From positions 1 through 35,563 of the IMG/VR virus record IMGVR_UViG_3300048577_000245: a DNA stretch of 35,563 nt; one strand, given 5' to 3'. Positions 1 to 10,200 of this stretch are shown one piece after another. The translations under genes were made by a program, and so were the position numbers. Source of the stretch: a virus (Duplodnaviria; Caudoviricetes). Numbering within the stretch: the first letter of the stretch is position 1; each line of letters opens with the position of its first letter. Under the pieces are notes generated by a model. It had not been told where the DNA came from. It did no database searches and saw nothing but the letters and a program-made list of their open reading frames with translations.

Positions 1-278
1 CCGCCTGGAGCCAGGCCGCCCAGGCCGCACCCGTGGCCGTGGTGGGCGAGGCGCGCCTGTGCCTGCACATGGAGATCGACGTGGCCGCCGAGAAGGCCCG
101 CCTGTCCAAGGAAGTGGCGCGCATCGAAGGCGAGATCGCCAAGGCCAACGGCAAGCTGTCCAACGAGGCCTTCGTCGCCAAGGCCCCGGCCGCCGTGCTG
201 GAGCAGGAGAAGAAGCGCGTGGCCGATTTCAGCACCACGCTCACCCGCCTGCGCGACCAACTCGCCCGCCTGGGCTGA
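1..278 (+). CDS. valS: Valyl-tRNA synthetase, C-terminal coiled-coil (5'-truncated by window edge; frame starts at base 3)
   Basis: [13 protein letters not shown]...[22 protein letters not shown] is the ValRS C-terminal coiled-coil signature; TGA at 276-278. Confidence 0.95.
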   Translation, partial: AWSQAAQAAPVAVVGEARLCLHMEIDVAAEKARLSKEVARIEGEIAKANGKLSNEAFVAKAPAAVLEQEKKRVADFSTTLTRLRDQLARLG

Positions 279-297
279 GAGGGAAACACCCCCCTAT

Positions 298-447
298 CAG
301 GCTGCTGAAATACTGCTGGAGAACTCAAAAAATGACGACTTTGAGGGTGCCTCACCCCTTACCGGGTTCGAAATAATCGCTTGTAGGCCGTTTTACGCGG
401 TCGATGTTCTTGGCTGCCGATGGGCAAACCAGTATTTCAGCAGCCTG
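298..447. mobile_element. MITE / internally deleted IS (150 bp, non-autonomous)
   Basis: Perfect 18-bp terminal inverted repeats CAGGCTGCTGAAATACTG (298-315) and CAGTATTTCAGCAGCCTG (430-447), flanked by 4-bp direct repeat CTAT (294-297, 448-451); no transposase inside. Confidence 0.8.
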
Positions 448-451
448 CTAT

Positions 452-560
452 GTCGCTTCGCTCCTTCCCCCCGCTCTCGCAGCGCTACGCGCTGCGGGCA
501 GGGAGACGCCGCCAGCGCGGCGGGGCGGCCCTTGCGCGGCGGCCCTGGCCTGGGCCACGC
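452..560. repeat. GC-rich REP-like palindromic element, interrupted near its left end by the MITE
   Basis: Hairpin CGCAGCGC-TAC-GCGCTGCG plus further GC-rich self-complementary stretches; rejoining 285-297 with 452 onward gives ACACCCCCCTATGTCGCTTCGCTCCTTCCCCCC..., which I recall (unverified) as a dispersed Comamonadaceae repeat. Confidence 0.5.
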
Positions 561-627
561 GAGAGTCACACGCAACGGTTGAAGCACCCATTGAATCACT
601 GAGAAGCCGTTTTCAGGAGCACACACC

Positions 628-1512
628 ATGCAGCAAGCCACCGTTCGCAAAGCCGTTTTCCCCGTCGCCGGGTTGGGCACGCGGTTTTTGCCTGCCACCA
701 AGGCATCGCCCAAGGAGATGCTGCCGGTGGTGGACAAGCCGCTGATCCAGTACGCCGTGGAAGAGGCCTACGCCGCCGGCATCCGCCACATGATCTTCGT
801 CACCGGCCGCAGCAAGCGCGCCATCGAGGACCATTTCGACACCGCGTATGAACTGGAAAGCGAGCTGGAAGCCGCCAACAAGCAGGCCTTGCTGGCCGTG
901 GTGCGATCAGTGCAGCCCGACGACATGGATTGCGCCTACGTGCGCCAGCCGCGCAGCCTGGGCCTGGGCCACGCCGTGCTGTGCGCCGAAGCGCTGGTGG
1001 GCGACGAGCCCTTCGCCGTGCTGCTGGCCGACGACCTGATGGTGGGCCCACCCGGCGGCACACCCGTGCTCGCACAAATGGCCCAGGCCTTCCGCCAGCA
1101 GGGCCGCTCGCTGCTGGCCGTGCAGGAGGTGCCACAGGAACAGGTGCGCCGCTACGGCATCGTGGCAGGCGAGCCTGCAGGCGGCCCGCTGCTGCGCGTG
1201 CAGCGCATCGTCGAAAAGCCCGCGCCGGAGAAAGCCCCGTCGCGCATGGGCGTGGCAGGCCGCTACATCCTCACGCCCACCATCTTTGAGCAAATCCGCA
1301 ACCAGCCCAAGGGCGCAGGCGGCGAGATCCAGCTCACCGACGCCATCGCCCGCCTCATGGAGCACGAAGCCGTGTACGCCTTCCAGTACGCAGGCAAGCG
1401 CTACGACTGTGGCAGCAAGGAAGGCTTTTTGGAAGCCACGGTGGAGCTGGCGTTGCAGCACCCGGAGGTGGGGGCGTCGTTCCGCGAGTACCTCAAAACC
1501 TTGAGTCTTTGA
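628..1512 (+). CDS. galU: UTP--glucose-1-phosphate uridylyltransferase
   Basis: [35 protein letters not shown] and GEIQLTDAI motifs; RBS AGGAG upstream. Confidence 0.97.
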   Translation: MQQATVRKAVFPVAGLGTRFLPATKASPKEMLPVVDKPLIQYAVEEAYAAGIRHMIFVTGRSKRAIEDHFDTAYELESELEAANKQALLAVVRSVQPDDMDCAYVRQPRSLGLGHAVLCAEALVGDEPFAVLLADDLMVGPPGGTPVLAQMAQAFRQQGRSLLAVQEVPQEQVRRYGIVAGEPAGGPLLRVQRIVEKPAPEKAPSRMGVAGRYILTPTIFEQIRNQPKGAGGEIQLTDAIARLMEHEAVYAFQYAGKRYDCGSKEGFLEATVELALQHPEVGASFREYLKTLSL

Positions 1513-1558
1513 TGTTCTGCCCCGGGCCCGCTGCGGCCTGGTGCAAGCGGCCCGACCC

Positions 1559-1786
1559 TCAGCGCCTCCGCAACACGTGGATGAACTCCTCCCCGACCGT
1601 CTGCTGATCCACCAACTCGTTGCCCGTTTGCTTGGCAAAGGCCTGGAAGTCGCGCACCGAGCCTGCGTCGGTGGCCAGCACCTTGAGCAGTTCGCCGCTC
1701 TCCATGTCGGCCAGGGCCTTCTTGGCCTTGAGGATGGGCAGGGGGCAGTTCAGGCCCCGGGTGTCGATTTCTTTGTGGGTTTGCAT
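1559..1786 (-). CDS. TusA/SirA-family sulfur carrier protein (75 aa)
   Basis: IDTRGLNCPLP (CPxP) motif, LKVLATD; start taken at MQTHK, just downstream of the Nudix gene. Confidence 0.9.
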   Translation of the reverse strand: MQTHKEIDTRGLNCPLPILKAKKALADMESGELLKVLATDAGSVRDFQAFAKQTGNELVDQQTVGEEFIHVLRRR

Positions 1787-1790
1787 GTTG

Positions 1791-2360
1791 TCAGTCCTTT
1801 GCTGGCGGCTGGTGCAGGCCTTGAATACGTTCGGCATTTTCCTCTGCCGTGAAGAACACCGGCTCGTGGCCGCGGGTACGCAGCCAGTCGGCCAGCGCGT
1901 AGCCCGTGCCCGCAGGCCAGCATTTGAGCTCGTGCAGGTCGAACAGGCGGTAGTCCACCAGCTCGGGGGATAGCCGCACCTCGCCTTGGGCCACCACATG
2001 GTACGCAATGATGACCTGGTTCATGCGCAGGAATTCGTAGGCGCCCACCAGGGTGCAGGACTGCACGTCGAGGTTGGTCTCTTCCTTCACCTCGCGCGCA
2101 ATGCCACCCTGGGGCGATTCGCCTGCCTCCATGAAGCCGGTGATCAGCGCGAACATCTTGATCGGCCAGGCGGCGTTGCGCGCCAGCAGCACCTTGCCGC
2201 CCACCTCGACGATGGCGGCCAGCACCGGGGTGGGGTTGTTCCAGTGCGTCCAGCCGCAGGCGGGGCAGCGCAGGCGCTCTTTGTCGCCACCGTCCTCGGC
2301 CTGGGTGAGCAGCGCCAGCGGCGTGGCGCAGTGGGTGCAAAAGCGGTTTTCGTACTGCAT
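1791..2360 (-). CDS. Nudix hydrolase with N-terminal zinc ribbon (NudC-like)
   Basis: FCTHC...CPACG zinc ribbon; Nudix box GFMEAGESPQGGIAREVKEETNL. Confidence 0.9.
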   Translation of the reverse strand: MQYENRFCTHCATPLALLTQAEDGGDKERLRCPACGWTHWNNPTPVLAAIVEVGGKVLLARNAAWPIKMFALITGFMEAGESPQGGIAREVKEETNLDVQSCTLVGAYEFLRMNQVIIAYHVVAQGEVRLSPELVDYRLFDLHELKCWPAGTGYALADWLRTRGHEPVFFTAEENAERIQGLHQPPAKD

Positions 2361-2361
2361 T

Positions 2362-2416
2362 GCTATGATTTTTATAGCTACAAGCGCTTATATTCAGGGC
2401 GCTGGAGGCCAATTTT
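2362..2416 (+). repeat. 55-bp dispersed intergenic repeat (GCTA-N9-TAGC ... GCGC-N11-GCGC ... GAG ... TTTT)
   Basis: Two adjacent imperfect palindromes fill the cysM-Nudix gap; three colinear copies occur at 9448-9502, 9572-9626 and 10309-10363. Confidence 0.7.
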
Positions 2417-2419
2417 GCT

Positions 2420-3322
2420 TCAAACCGGAAAGACGCCGGTGGACAGGTAGCGGTCGCCCCGGTCGCACACCACAAAGGCGATGCAGGCGTTGCGCTCGCG
2501 TGCGGCGATCTGCTGCGCCACCCAGCAGGCCCCGGCAGCCGAAATACCGGCGAAGATGCCTTCCTCACGCGCCAGGCGGCGGCACATGTCTTCGGCGTCG
2601 CTCTGGCTGACCAGCACCAACTCATCCACCGCCTTGGCGTCGTAGATGGCGGGCATGTATTCCTGCGGCCATTTGCGGATACCGGGGATACGCGAGCCCT
2701 CTTGCGGCTGCGCGCCCACCACCAGCACCTGGGGATTCTTTTCCTTGAGGTAGCGCGAAACGCCGGTGATGGTGCCCGTGGTGCCCATGGCGCTGACGAA
2801 ATGGGTGATGCGCCCGCCCGTCTGTTCCCACAGCTCGGGGCCGGTGGTTTCGTAATGGATGCGCGGGTTGTCGGGGTTGGCAAACTGGTCCAGCACCTTG
2901 CCTTCGCCCCGCTTTTGCATGGCCAGGGCCAGGTCGCGGGCATGCTCCATGCCGCCGCTCTTGGGCGTAAGCACCAGCTCGGCGCCAAAGGCCTTCATGG
3001 TCTGGGCGCGCTCGATGGACAGGTCTTCGGGCATCACCAGCACCATGCGGTAACCCTTGATGGCCGCGGCCATGGCCAGCGCAATGCCGGTGTTGCCCGA
3101 GGTGGCTTCGATCAGCGTGTCGCCGGGCTGGATGTCGCCGCGCTCCTCGGCGCGCCGGATCATGGACAGTGCGGGCCGGTCCTTCACCGAACCGGCGGGG
3201 TTGTTGCCTTCGAGCTTGCCCAGGACGACGTTGCCGCGCTCGGCGTTCTCGCGTGCACCGATGCGCTGCAGCGCCACCAGCGGCGTGCGGCCGATCGCGT
3301 CTTCAATGGTTGGGTAATTCAT
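2420..3322 (-). CDS. cysM: Cysteine synthase B (300 aa)
   Basis: KLEGNNPAGSVKDR PLP-lysine motif, ATSGNTG, MGTTGT, DRGDRYLSTGVF; start at MNYPT with GGGAG RBS. Confidence 0.95.
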   Translation of the reverse strand: MNYPTIEDAIGRTPLVALQRIGARENAERGNVVLGKLEGNNPAGSVKDRPALSMIRRAEERGDIQPGDTLIEATSGNTGIALAMAAAIKGYRMVLVMPEDLSIERAQTMKAFGAELVLTPKSGGMEHARDLALAMQKRGEGKVLDQFANPDNPRIHYETTGPELWEQTGGRITHFVSAMGTTGTITGVSRYLKEKNPQVLVVGAQPQEGSRIPGIRKWPQEYMPAIYDAKAVDELVLVSQSDAEDMCRRLAREEGIFAGISAAGACWVAQQIAARERNACIAFVVCDRGDRYLSTGVFPV

Positions 3323-3362
3323 GCTCCCTACTGTGCCATAATTTAGGACTTCACTGATTCCC

Positions 3363-3447
3363 GCCCGGGTGGTGAAATTGGTAGACGCAGGGGACTCAAA
3401 ATCCCCCGCCGCAAGGCGTGCCGGTTCGAGTCCGGCCCCGGGCACCA
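3363..3447 (+). tRNA. tRNA-Leu (anticodon CAA)
   Basis: GCCCGGG/CCCGGGC acceptor stem, D-arm GGTGAAATTGGTAGAC, anticodon arm GGGGA-CTCAAAA-TCCCC, long variable arm, GGTTCGAGTCC T-arm, encoded CCA. Confidence 0.97.
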
Positions 3448-3517
3448 TAGGTTTCTAGCTATGGTTTTTGCAGCATGTTCCGCGAATGTTCGCCGGGGCG
3501 TTCCGCAAATTACAGAC

Positions 3518-3552
3518 AAAGGTCTCCAGGCATCAGCCTCGGGGCCTTTTTT
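3518..3552 (+). terminator. Rho-independent terminator downstream of tRNA-Leu
   Basis: Imperfect stem AAAGGTCTCCAGG / CCTCGGGGCCTTT followed by a T-run. Confidence 0.55.
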
Positions 3553-3624
3553 CTTGGGTCGCTGCACCATAGGTTTTGGTGGCTGTAGACCTGCTGGCAT
3601 CCGAGAGAAACCGGGGGCGGTCAG

Positions 3625-3894
3625 TCATGCACTGAACAACCCATGTAGCGCAACCAACCGATCAGCAAGCTCTTCAGCGGCTTCGCGCATCTCGTCTGCC
3701 GTCACAGTGCCTGCGCAGACGTGCTCGTACCAGAGGTGGAAGCCGGTCAGGTCGGGCAACGGGTTTCCGGACGCCAGCAGGATGCATTCGCTTATCTTGG
3801 TGGCCTCATAGTCGCCCAGGTGGACCGCCCCTTCCATCACGCGGGCGCGGTAGACCCCGGACCCGATCTTGAGGATGTGCAGGGTGAGCAGCAT
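3625..3894 (-). CDS. Hypothetical protein (89 aa), att-proximal accessory gene
   Basis: Globular-looking sequence; -10-like CACAAT 6 nt upstream of the ATG (leaderless arrangement). Confidence 0.65.
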   Translation of the reverse strand: MLLTLHILKIGSGVYRARVMEGAVHLGDYEATKISECILLASGNPLPDLTGFHLWYEHVCAGTVTADEMREAAEELADRLVALHGLFSA

Positions 3895-4159
3895 GGCCTC
3901 ATTGTGCCGAGACCCGGGAAATTGCGAAATTGATCAATTCATCAATTTCAAGCGGGAGCGCACCAACGAGCGACGTCGTGACGCAAGACTACCCCCTGTG
4001 CCCATGCCCGGGTTCAAGGAGTCGATGATGGCCAAGATGACGAAGGCGGAGCAGTTCGCCGACGAGCTGTGGACGCATGGCCCGCAGATGGGAAACACCC
4101 AAGAGACGCACCGGCAGATGGTGATGAACGTGATCAGGGCCCATATCCGGAACCCCTGA
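3869..4159 (+). CDS. Possible small hypothetical protein or 3' gene remnant (start uncertain)
   Basis: The C-terminal half has coding-like codon use and ends just before a bidirectional terminator; no convincing start. Confidence 0.3.
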   Translation: MRMCRVSSMASLCRDPGNCEIDQFINFKRERTNERRRDARLPPVPMPGFKESMMAKMTKAEQFADELWTHGPQMGNTQETHRQMVMNVIRAHIRNP

Positions 4160-4167
4160 GTGCCCCG

Positions 4168-4190
4168 AAAACCGGCGCCGTGCCGGTTTT
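4168..4190. terminator. Bidirectional intrinsic terminator ending the late transcript
   Basis: AAAACCGGC-GCCGT-GCCGGTTTT perfect stem between convergent ORFs. Confidence 0.7.
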
Positions 4191-4250
4191 GAAAGGTCGG
4201 CCTCTCCAGTCCACGAAAGGCGTGGCAACGATTTCGCGGGAGCCTGAGAG

Positions 4251-7200
4251 CTACTCCGGCACCGCAAACCGCCCCGCCTCCATGGCATCCCGCCGCTTGC
4301 CTGGCAGGTACACGCCGTCCTGCGCCTCCCGGATGCGCTTCTGCCGCATGGCCACGCTCTGCGCAAGGTGCATCGGCTGGATGCGCCGGTTCGGGTTCTT
4401 CTCGTTGAACTTGGCAATGGCCTCCCGCGCCTCTGCCTTGCCCTCTTCGTCCTTTGCCATGGCCGCCATGGCGAACTGCTCCACCAGGGCGCTGCGCCGC
4501 GCCTGCAGAGCGCGGTCGTGGCTGACGATGGCGCTCTTGCCCTCGTAGGCATTGCGCACGCTCGATGGCGAGAACCCGGCCGCCTGGCCCCACAGCGCTG
4601 CGGCGTCCACCTCGTCCTGCACCACGATGCCGCTCTTGTCCTTGACACCCTCGCTGCCGTAGCGAATGGCCTTGAGCGGACCGCGCGCCACGCTGGGCGC
4701 CATGGTCTCCAGCCCGCGCAGGTAGCGCCCCTCGCTCATCTCCTGCAGGCCCTTGAGCACATTGATGCCGATCCCTGCCACCGGCCCAAGCGCCGCGGTC
4801 ATGGCCGACTCTGCCAGGCGCTGGCCTTCCAGACCCTCCTGCACGTCGGGGAAAATCAGCTTGTCCAAGCCCACCCGCCCAGAGATGTCCCAGGGCGTGA
4901 GGCGCGACAGGCCGTGGGCCAGCACCTCAGCGGGCTTCTGGCCGAAGGTGTCGGCCAGCAGGTTCTGCAGCGCCACCTTGGCGTCCCATGGCTCGTCATC
5001 ATCCCCGCCGATCATCGAGGCGGCTGCCAGCAGCGTTGTCACCATGGGCAGGCCCAGCACGCCGGCCGCCATGGCGTGCGTGGTCAGCAGGCCGGCCAAG
5101 GCCTTGCGGGCCTGGGCGCGCGCCTCGGGCGTGGCGCCCTTGAGCGACTGCTGCGCGCTGCGCGTCAGGGTGTAAACCATGTTCTGGCCGTACTGCTTGA
5201 ACAGCAGCAGCACCCGGGCCACATTGCCCTGCATCACGCGCGGGCGGTTGTTGGCCGAGTAGTCGAAGTGCCCGTCGTAGGTCGCCTGTGCAGCCTGAGC
5301 ATAGGCGGCCTTGGCGTCCGCTCCAGCCTCGCGCGCAAGCCGGTAGGCGGCCACGAAGGTGACCTGGCGGTTGAACTTCTCGGCGTGGTGGAACAGGAAG
5401 CTGGCCGCCTTCATCACCGGCTGCAGCTTGTGGGAGACGTTCCGGTCCTCGCCCTGGGCGATGCCGGCCAGGTCGTGGGCCATGGTCACGTCGATGACGC
5501 CCGAGCGCACGGCCTCGTCGAAGGCAGCCTTCTCGTCTGCCGTCAGGCTGGCCGTGATGTCGTTCCTGCCGCGCGCGGCTTCCTGGCTGGCCTGAAGCAG
5601 GGCGGCGCCGGACTTGGCAAAGCCCCAGCGCGCGCCCATGACCGGGTAGGCCACCAGGGCGGTCTGCGTCAGGTTCACCATGGCCGACGCTGGCGACAGG
5701 CCCAGGTGGAACATGAAACCGAAGCTGGTCAGCGCCGTGGACAGCGCATTTGTCTTTGGGTTCATGGCCGCATCGTGGCGCTTGACCATCTCGTCCACCA
5801 CCTGCTGGGCCTTCACCGAATCGAAGCTGCTGTCGGTCGATCCAGCGTCCACGCGGCGCTGCATCTCGCCCAGCTCATCCTGCAGCCGGTCGCCGTAGCG
5901 CAGTTTGGCCAGGTAGCTGGCCCCATGGAATACGTTTTGGGCGAAGGCCCGGCGCGCGTCCTGGCTGAAGCCGGCCGTGCCCTTGCGGTGGATGCCGTGC
6001 TTGGCCCAGGACAGGTCCGGGAGAGACGACAGGTAGAGCTGGCCCAGCGCATCTTCCAACTCGGCGCGCTGTTTGGCGTCCATGCCCTGCTTGTCCAGCA
6101 CGCCGTAGAGCTGCTCCATGAAGCCGCGCCCCACAGTGTCACGCTCGGCCACAAAGTCCTTGGCTTTGAGCACCTTGCCCACGGTGAAGCCTTTGCCAGG
6201 CGGGAAGGCGGCCAGCAACTGGCGGCGCGTGGTGTCGGCCTCGGCCATGGTCTCGGCCCGGCTGACGTTCTCCACCTTGCCATCGGCGCCCTTGACCACC
6301 ACCACGTACTGGCCGAAGCGCGCCAGCGGGAAGTACACGCCCTTGATGTGGCCGAAGAACTCGTCATCCATGCGCTTGAGCAGGGCCGCGCGGCGCTCGC
6401 TGCTCATCTCGGCACGCTCGATGCGCTCCTTGATGGCCGAGCGCACATCGTGCATGTGCTTGCGGTAGGTGTCGCGGGCCCGGGCGAACACCTCCTTCGC
6501 CGCGGGCGACAGCGCCTGGTGTCTGGCGCGCAGCCGTGTCCAGTCCGTCTTGTTGTCGCCCTCCACGAAGTCCTTGGTCGGGTCGATCTGGGCCAGCGTG
6601 GAGTCGTGCATCAACTCGGCGAGCTGGCGCTCGTCGGGCAGCTTCGCCCAATCCTGTGCCAACTTGTCTGCACCAGCACCGGCCTCGTTCTTGTCGGCGT
6701 CCATGCGGGCCATCAGGTCGCTGTAGCGGCGCAGCTCGGGCAGCATGTCGCTGTACACATCCACCAACTGGCGGCGGCCAAGGAACTGCAGGGCAAGGCC
6801 ACGGTAGTCGGCGGCCTTGAAACCGGCCTGCTGGCGGAGGTTGGTGACGGTGAGCGCCTGGAGCGCGTCACCCACGCGCTGCGCCGCCTGCGTGCCCTCA
6901 CGACTGCGGAAGCGTGTCACGTTATCCATTGCTGCTCCACCCTGCTCCAGCGGCGCGCGTCCCGCGTTCTCGATGGCCTTGAGCACGAAGCGTTCGGCCT
7001 CGTTGTAGGTCATCTTGCGGATGCGCTCGGCCAGGCGCTGCATGCCCATGCGCTCGGCCACGCTGGCCAGCCAGTTGGCCAGCACGCGCACCCGCATACC
7101 CAGCTTGGTACCGGCCTGCTTCTGGGCGCGCAGTTCCTCGGCCACCACGGCCAGACCTTCCTCAATGGCCAGCGCCTCGTATTGCGCCGTCAGATCGCTG

Positions 7201-10200
7201 CCGGTGTGCCCCAGGTCGCGCAGGGCCTGCAGCTGCTGGGGTGCATCGGGCGCCTCCTTCTTCCACTGGTTGGCGTATTCCTGCACGCGGCTGTCCCGCT
7301 TTGCCAAGTCCAGCATGGCCTGCACATAATCGGGGGCCGGCAACACATTGCGCACCCCCAGGTGGAACATCTCATGGAAAACCGTCTCGATGACAGCGTC
7401 AGCACTCCCGTGAGCGGAGGCCACAACGACGATGCGACCCTCGCCTGGTATCGCCGCCCCCATTACACCGTTCGGCGCATCGACCCCAAGCTCATCGCCC
7501 CGAACCACGACGTCAACTGGTGGCGGACTGGCGATCCCCGCAAGGGCCTGCTGCACCGCCTGCTGGGCTTCTTCAAGCGATAGTCCGCGCGCGGGCGGCG
7601 CTTCATCGCTGGTGTTGTAGAGCACAACGCCCTCACCTTCCACCTCCTTCGTGCGGATCGTCCCCACCAGCTTGTCCAAGGCTGCGTTGATCGCGCGGCG
7701 CTCCTGCCCCACGGGGAATGGGCGTTTCCAGCCCCAGGGCGTGGCGATGGCCGCGCTCTCTGGCCCGTGGTTCAGGAACGGGCTCTTGCCGCCCTGCGCG
7801 GCGATCTTGTCTTCCACATAGCCTTGGAAGGCCCGCGCCGCCATCTCGTGGGGTGTGGTCCAGTAATCCTTGCCCCGGCCCTGGTCCAGTTCCTTGGCGT
7901 CCATGGCGAAGCGCGTGGGCACCATGCGGGTCTTCTCGCTGCTGGCCTGGGCGTCAGCCAGCATCTTCAGGCGCGCGCTGTAGTGCTGCATGGAGGAGCG
8001 CAGGCGATCCAGCGGCCCATCCTGGTCGGCATTGAAGCCCTGGCGGCCGCGCACCGCCTTCATGATGGCGCTGATCTGGTTCAAGGCATCATTGGTCCAG
8101 CGGACGCCCGACGCGACCGAGCGCGCTCCACCCTTGGTTTCTACGCGCAGATCCAGCAGTTCACCGGCAACGATCTTCTCTGCCACGGCATCGAACGCGG
8201 CCAACTGCTCGGCCGTGGCCGGCTTGTTATTGCGCTTGGCGTAGCGCTCATCGAGCTGCCGGGCAAGGTCGGCGCGGATGCCATCCAGCCGCTGCTGCAC
8301 GTCGGCACGAGCGCTGGCCACGAACAGATCGGCCTTGGCCGTGTCCTCCAGGTACTGCTCGGCCTTGCGCGACATGGTACGCATCAGCTCGGCAAACGCA
8401 TCGCGCAACTCGGCGCGCATGCCAGAGCGCTCGCCGCGCGTGCCGGAGCTGACCATGTTGTCCCCGCTGTCGCTGCTCACCTGCAGCGAGCGCGTGCCGT
8501 CCTTGTCCACCACCCACTGCGCGGAGGCCTTGCCGTCCTGGCGGGCAAAGTAATGGTCCAGGGCATGGAACCACTCGTGCGCCAGTGAGCCGGCTCCGTT
8601 CATCTTGGTCAGGTTGATGACCGCCTTGCCCGGCTCGTAGTGCGCGCGCGCCCCGCTCAGGCCATGGCCCCGGGCACCGAAGGCCAGGGCCAACTCGCCA
8701 TTGAGGCTGACGGCGCGCGGCGGGATGTTCATCACATCGGCCAGGTCCAGCAGCCCATCGTAGGCGTCGTTGAGCAACTGCTGGCGCTCCTCCTGGTTGT
8801 TCCAGTTCCCGAACTCCACGCCACGGAAGCCGAACACCCTGGTGAAGTCGCTGTCGCGGGCATGGCCATCGCGCCGCGCTGCGCCGACGCGCTGGTCAGA
8901 ATCTGGCCGCGGCAGGTCGGCTTCTCCGAAGGTCGTGTTCGTCTCGATGATCTGCTGGGCATGGCTGGCCATGTACTCCAGCGCATCCTCGCGCGTCTGG
9001 AACACCTGGTCCACCACCTTGACGCGCTTGCGCTCGGCGACGTCGCGCCAGATTTCCCAGCCCGTGCCTTCACCCTTGCGCACCGGAACCACGCGGTGCT
9101 TCTGCGCCACGGCGATCAGGGGGATGGCCTGCTCAGCGTCCTGTTGGGTGGCATAGCTGCGCTCGCCCACGCGCCGGGGCTGGCCCAGGGAGTCCGTGGA
9201 GCGCGCGTCGCGCACCGTCCAGCGACCCGTCTCGCCGGGCACGCTGCTCTTGACGATTTGGCTGACATCGAAACGCCGGGCCCAGGCCGGTCGATCATCG
9301 GTACTGCGTGGCCGGGTTGCACGCCCTCCACCGCCCGCGTCCTGGTCCTTGCGAGCGCCGCCGATCTTCTCTCCGAAGTCCTCGATGCTGGTGGTGGGCC
9401 GTGGTGCTGCTGCGCGCGCTGGGCGTGGGCCAGCATTGTGTGAATTCGCTACCAATTCGATAGCAGCTTGTGCATATGATGCGAGCGCTTGAGCCTGTTT
9501 TTCCTTCACGTCTTGCCGTGGGCCAGATGCTTGGGGGTGATCCTGCTGCTGCACGGCTTTGGAAGTTGGTTCATTTTGGCCTTCAGCGCTTTCTAAACCT
9601 ACTTCTGCAGCTATCTTTTCAGGAGCGTTTGTGCTGGTGGTGGACCGTGGTGCTGATCGCCCATCCTGCTCTTCGGTGCGCACCGTGCTGGAAATTCCAT
9701 CCTGCAGCCGCTGCAGTGCCGCCACGTCTGCCCCTGCTCGGCCCTTGGCCTGCTCATACCCAGCCCAGGCCGCAGCGCTGCTGGCGTCGCTGAATGTCGG
9801 CGCACCAGCAATGGGCTGGCCACTGTCCGGGCCAGTCTTCACCGCTGGCAGCCACTGCCCATCACCGATGCGCGTTGCTGCGCTTGGCGGGTATGGGCCA
9901 TTCGCTTCGTGCAGGGCCGCGATGTCAGCCACTGAATCCGCACCGACTTGTCCCGCCCACGCATCCAGCATGTCAGCGGCGGCAGCGTATGCCGCCCCGG
10001 GCTCGCTCGTTGTACCCATTCCATCCGCGGCGGCGCGCAGGCGCTGCGCCTCCTGGCGATACATGCCTTGGCGCTTGTCCTGCGTTGCAATGCCGTCAAT
10101 CTGATCGCGCAGACCGCGTGCAATATCTCCCGCACGGGTCACGGGCGTGCTCTTGGCGCCATCCTGACGCACACCGGTACGCTGCGCATCGGCCGCGTCG

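Noticed and set aside
3323-3448. N-terminal extension of cysM in the ORF track
   Set aside because: It is the reverse complement of tRNA-Leu; the real start is 3322.
4368-7583. 1071-aa plus-strand ORF and other long antisense ORFs (e.g. 20978-22687, 16083-17672, 19275-20654)
   Set aside because: Shadow frames of high-GC genes on the opposite strand, with no motifs or start signals.
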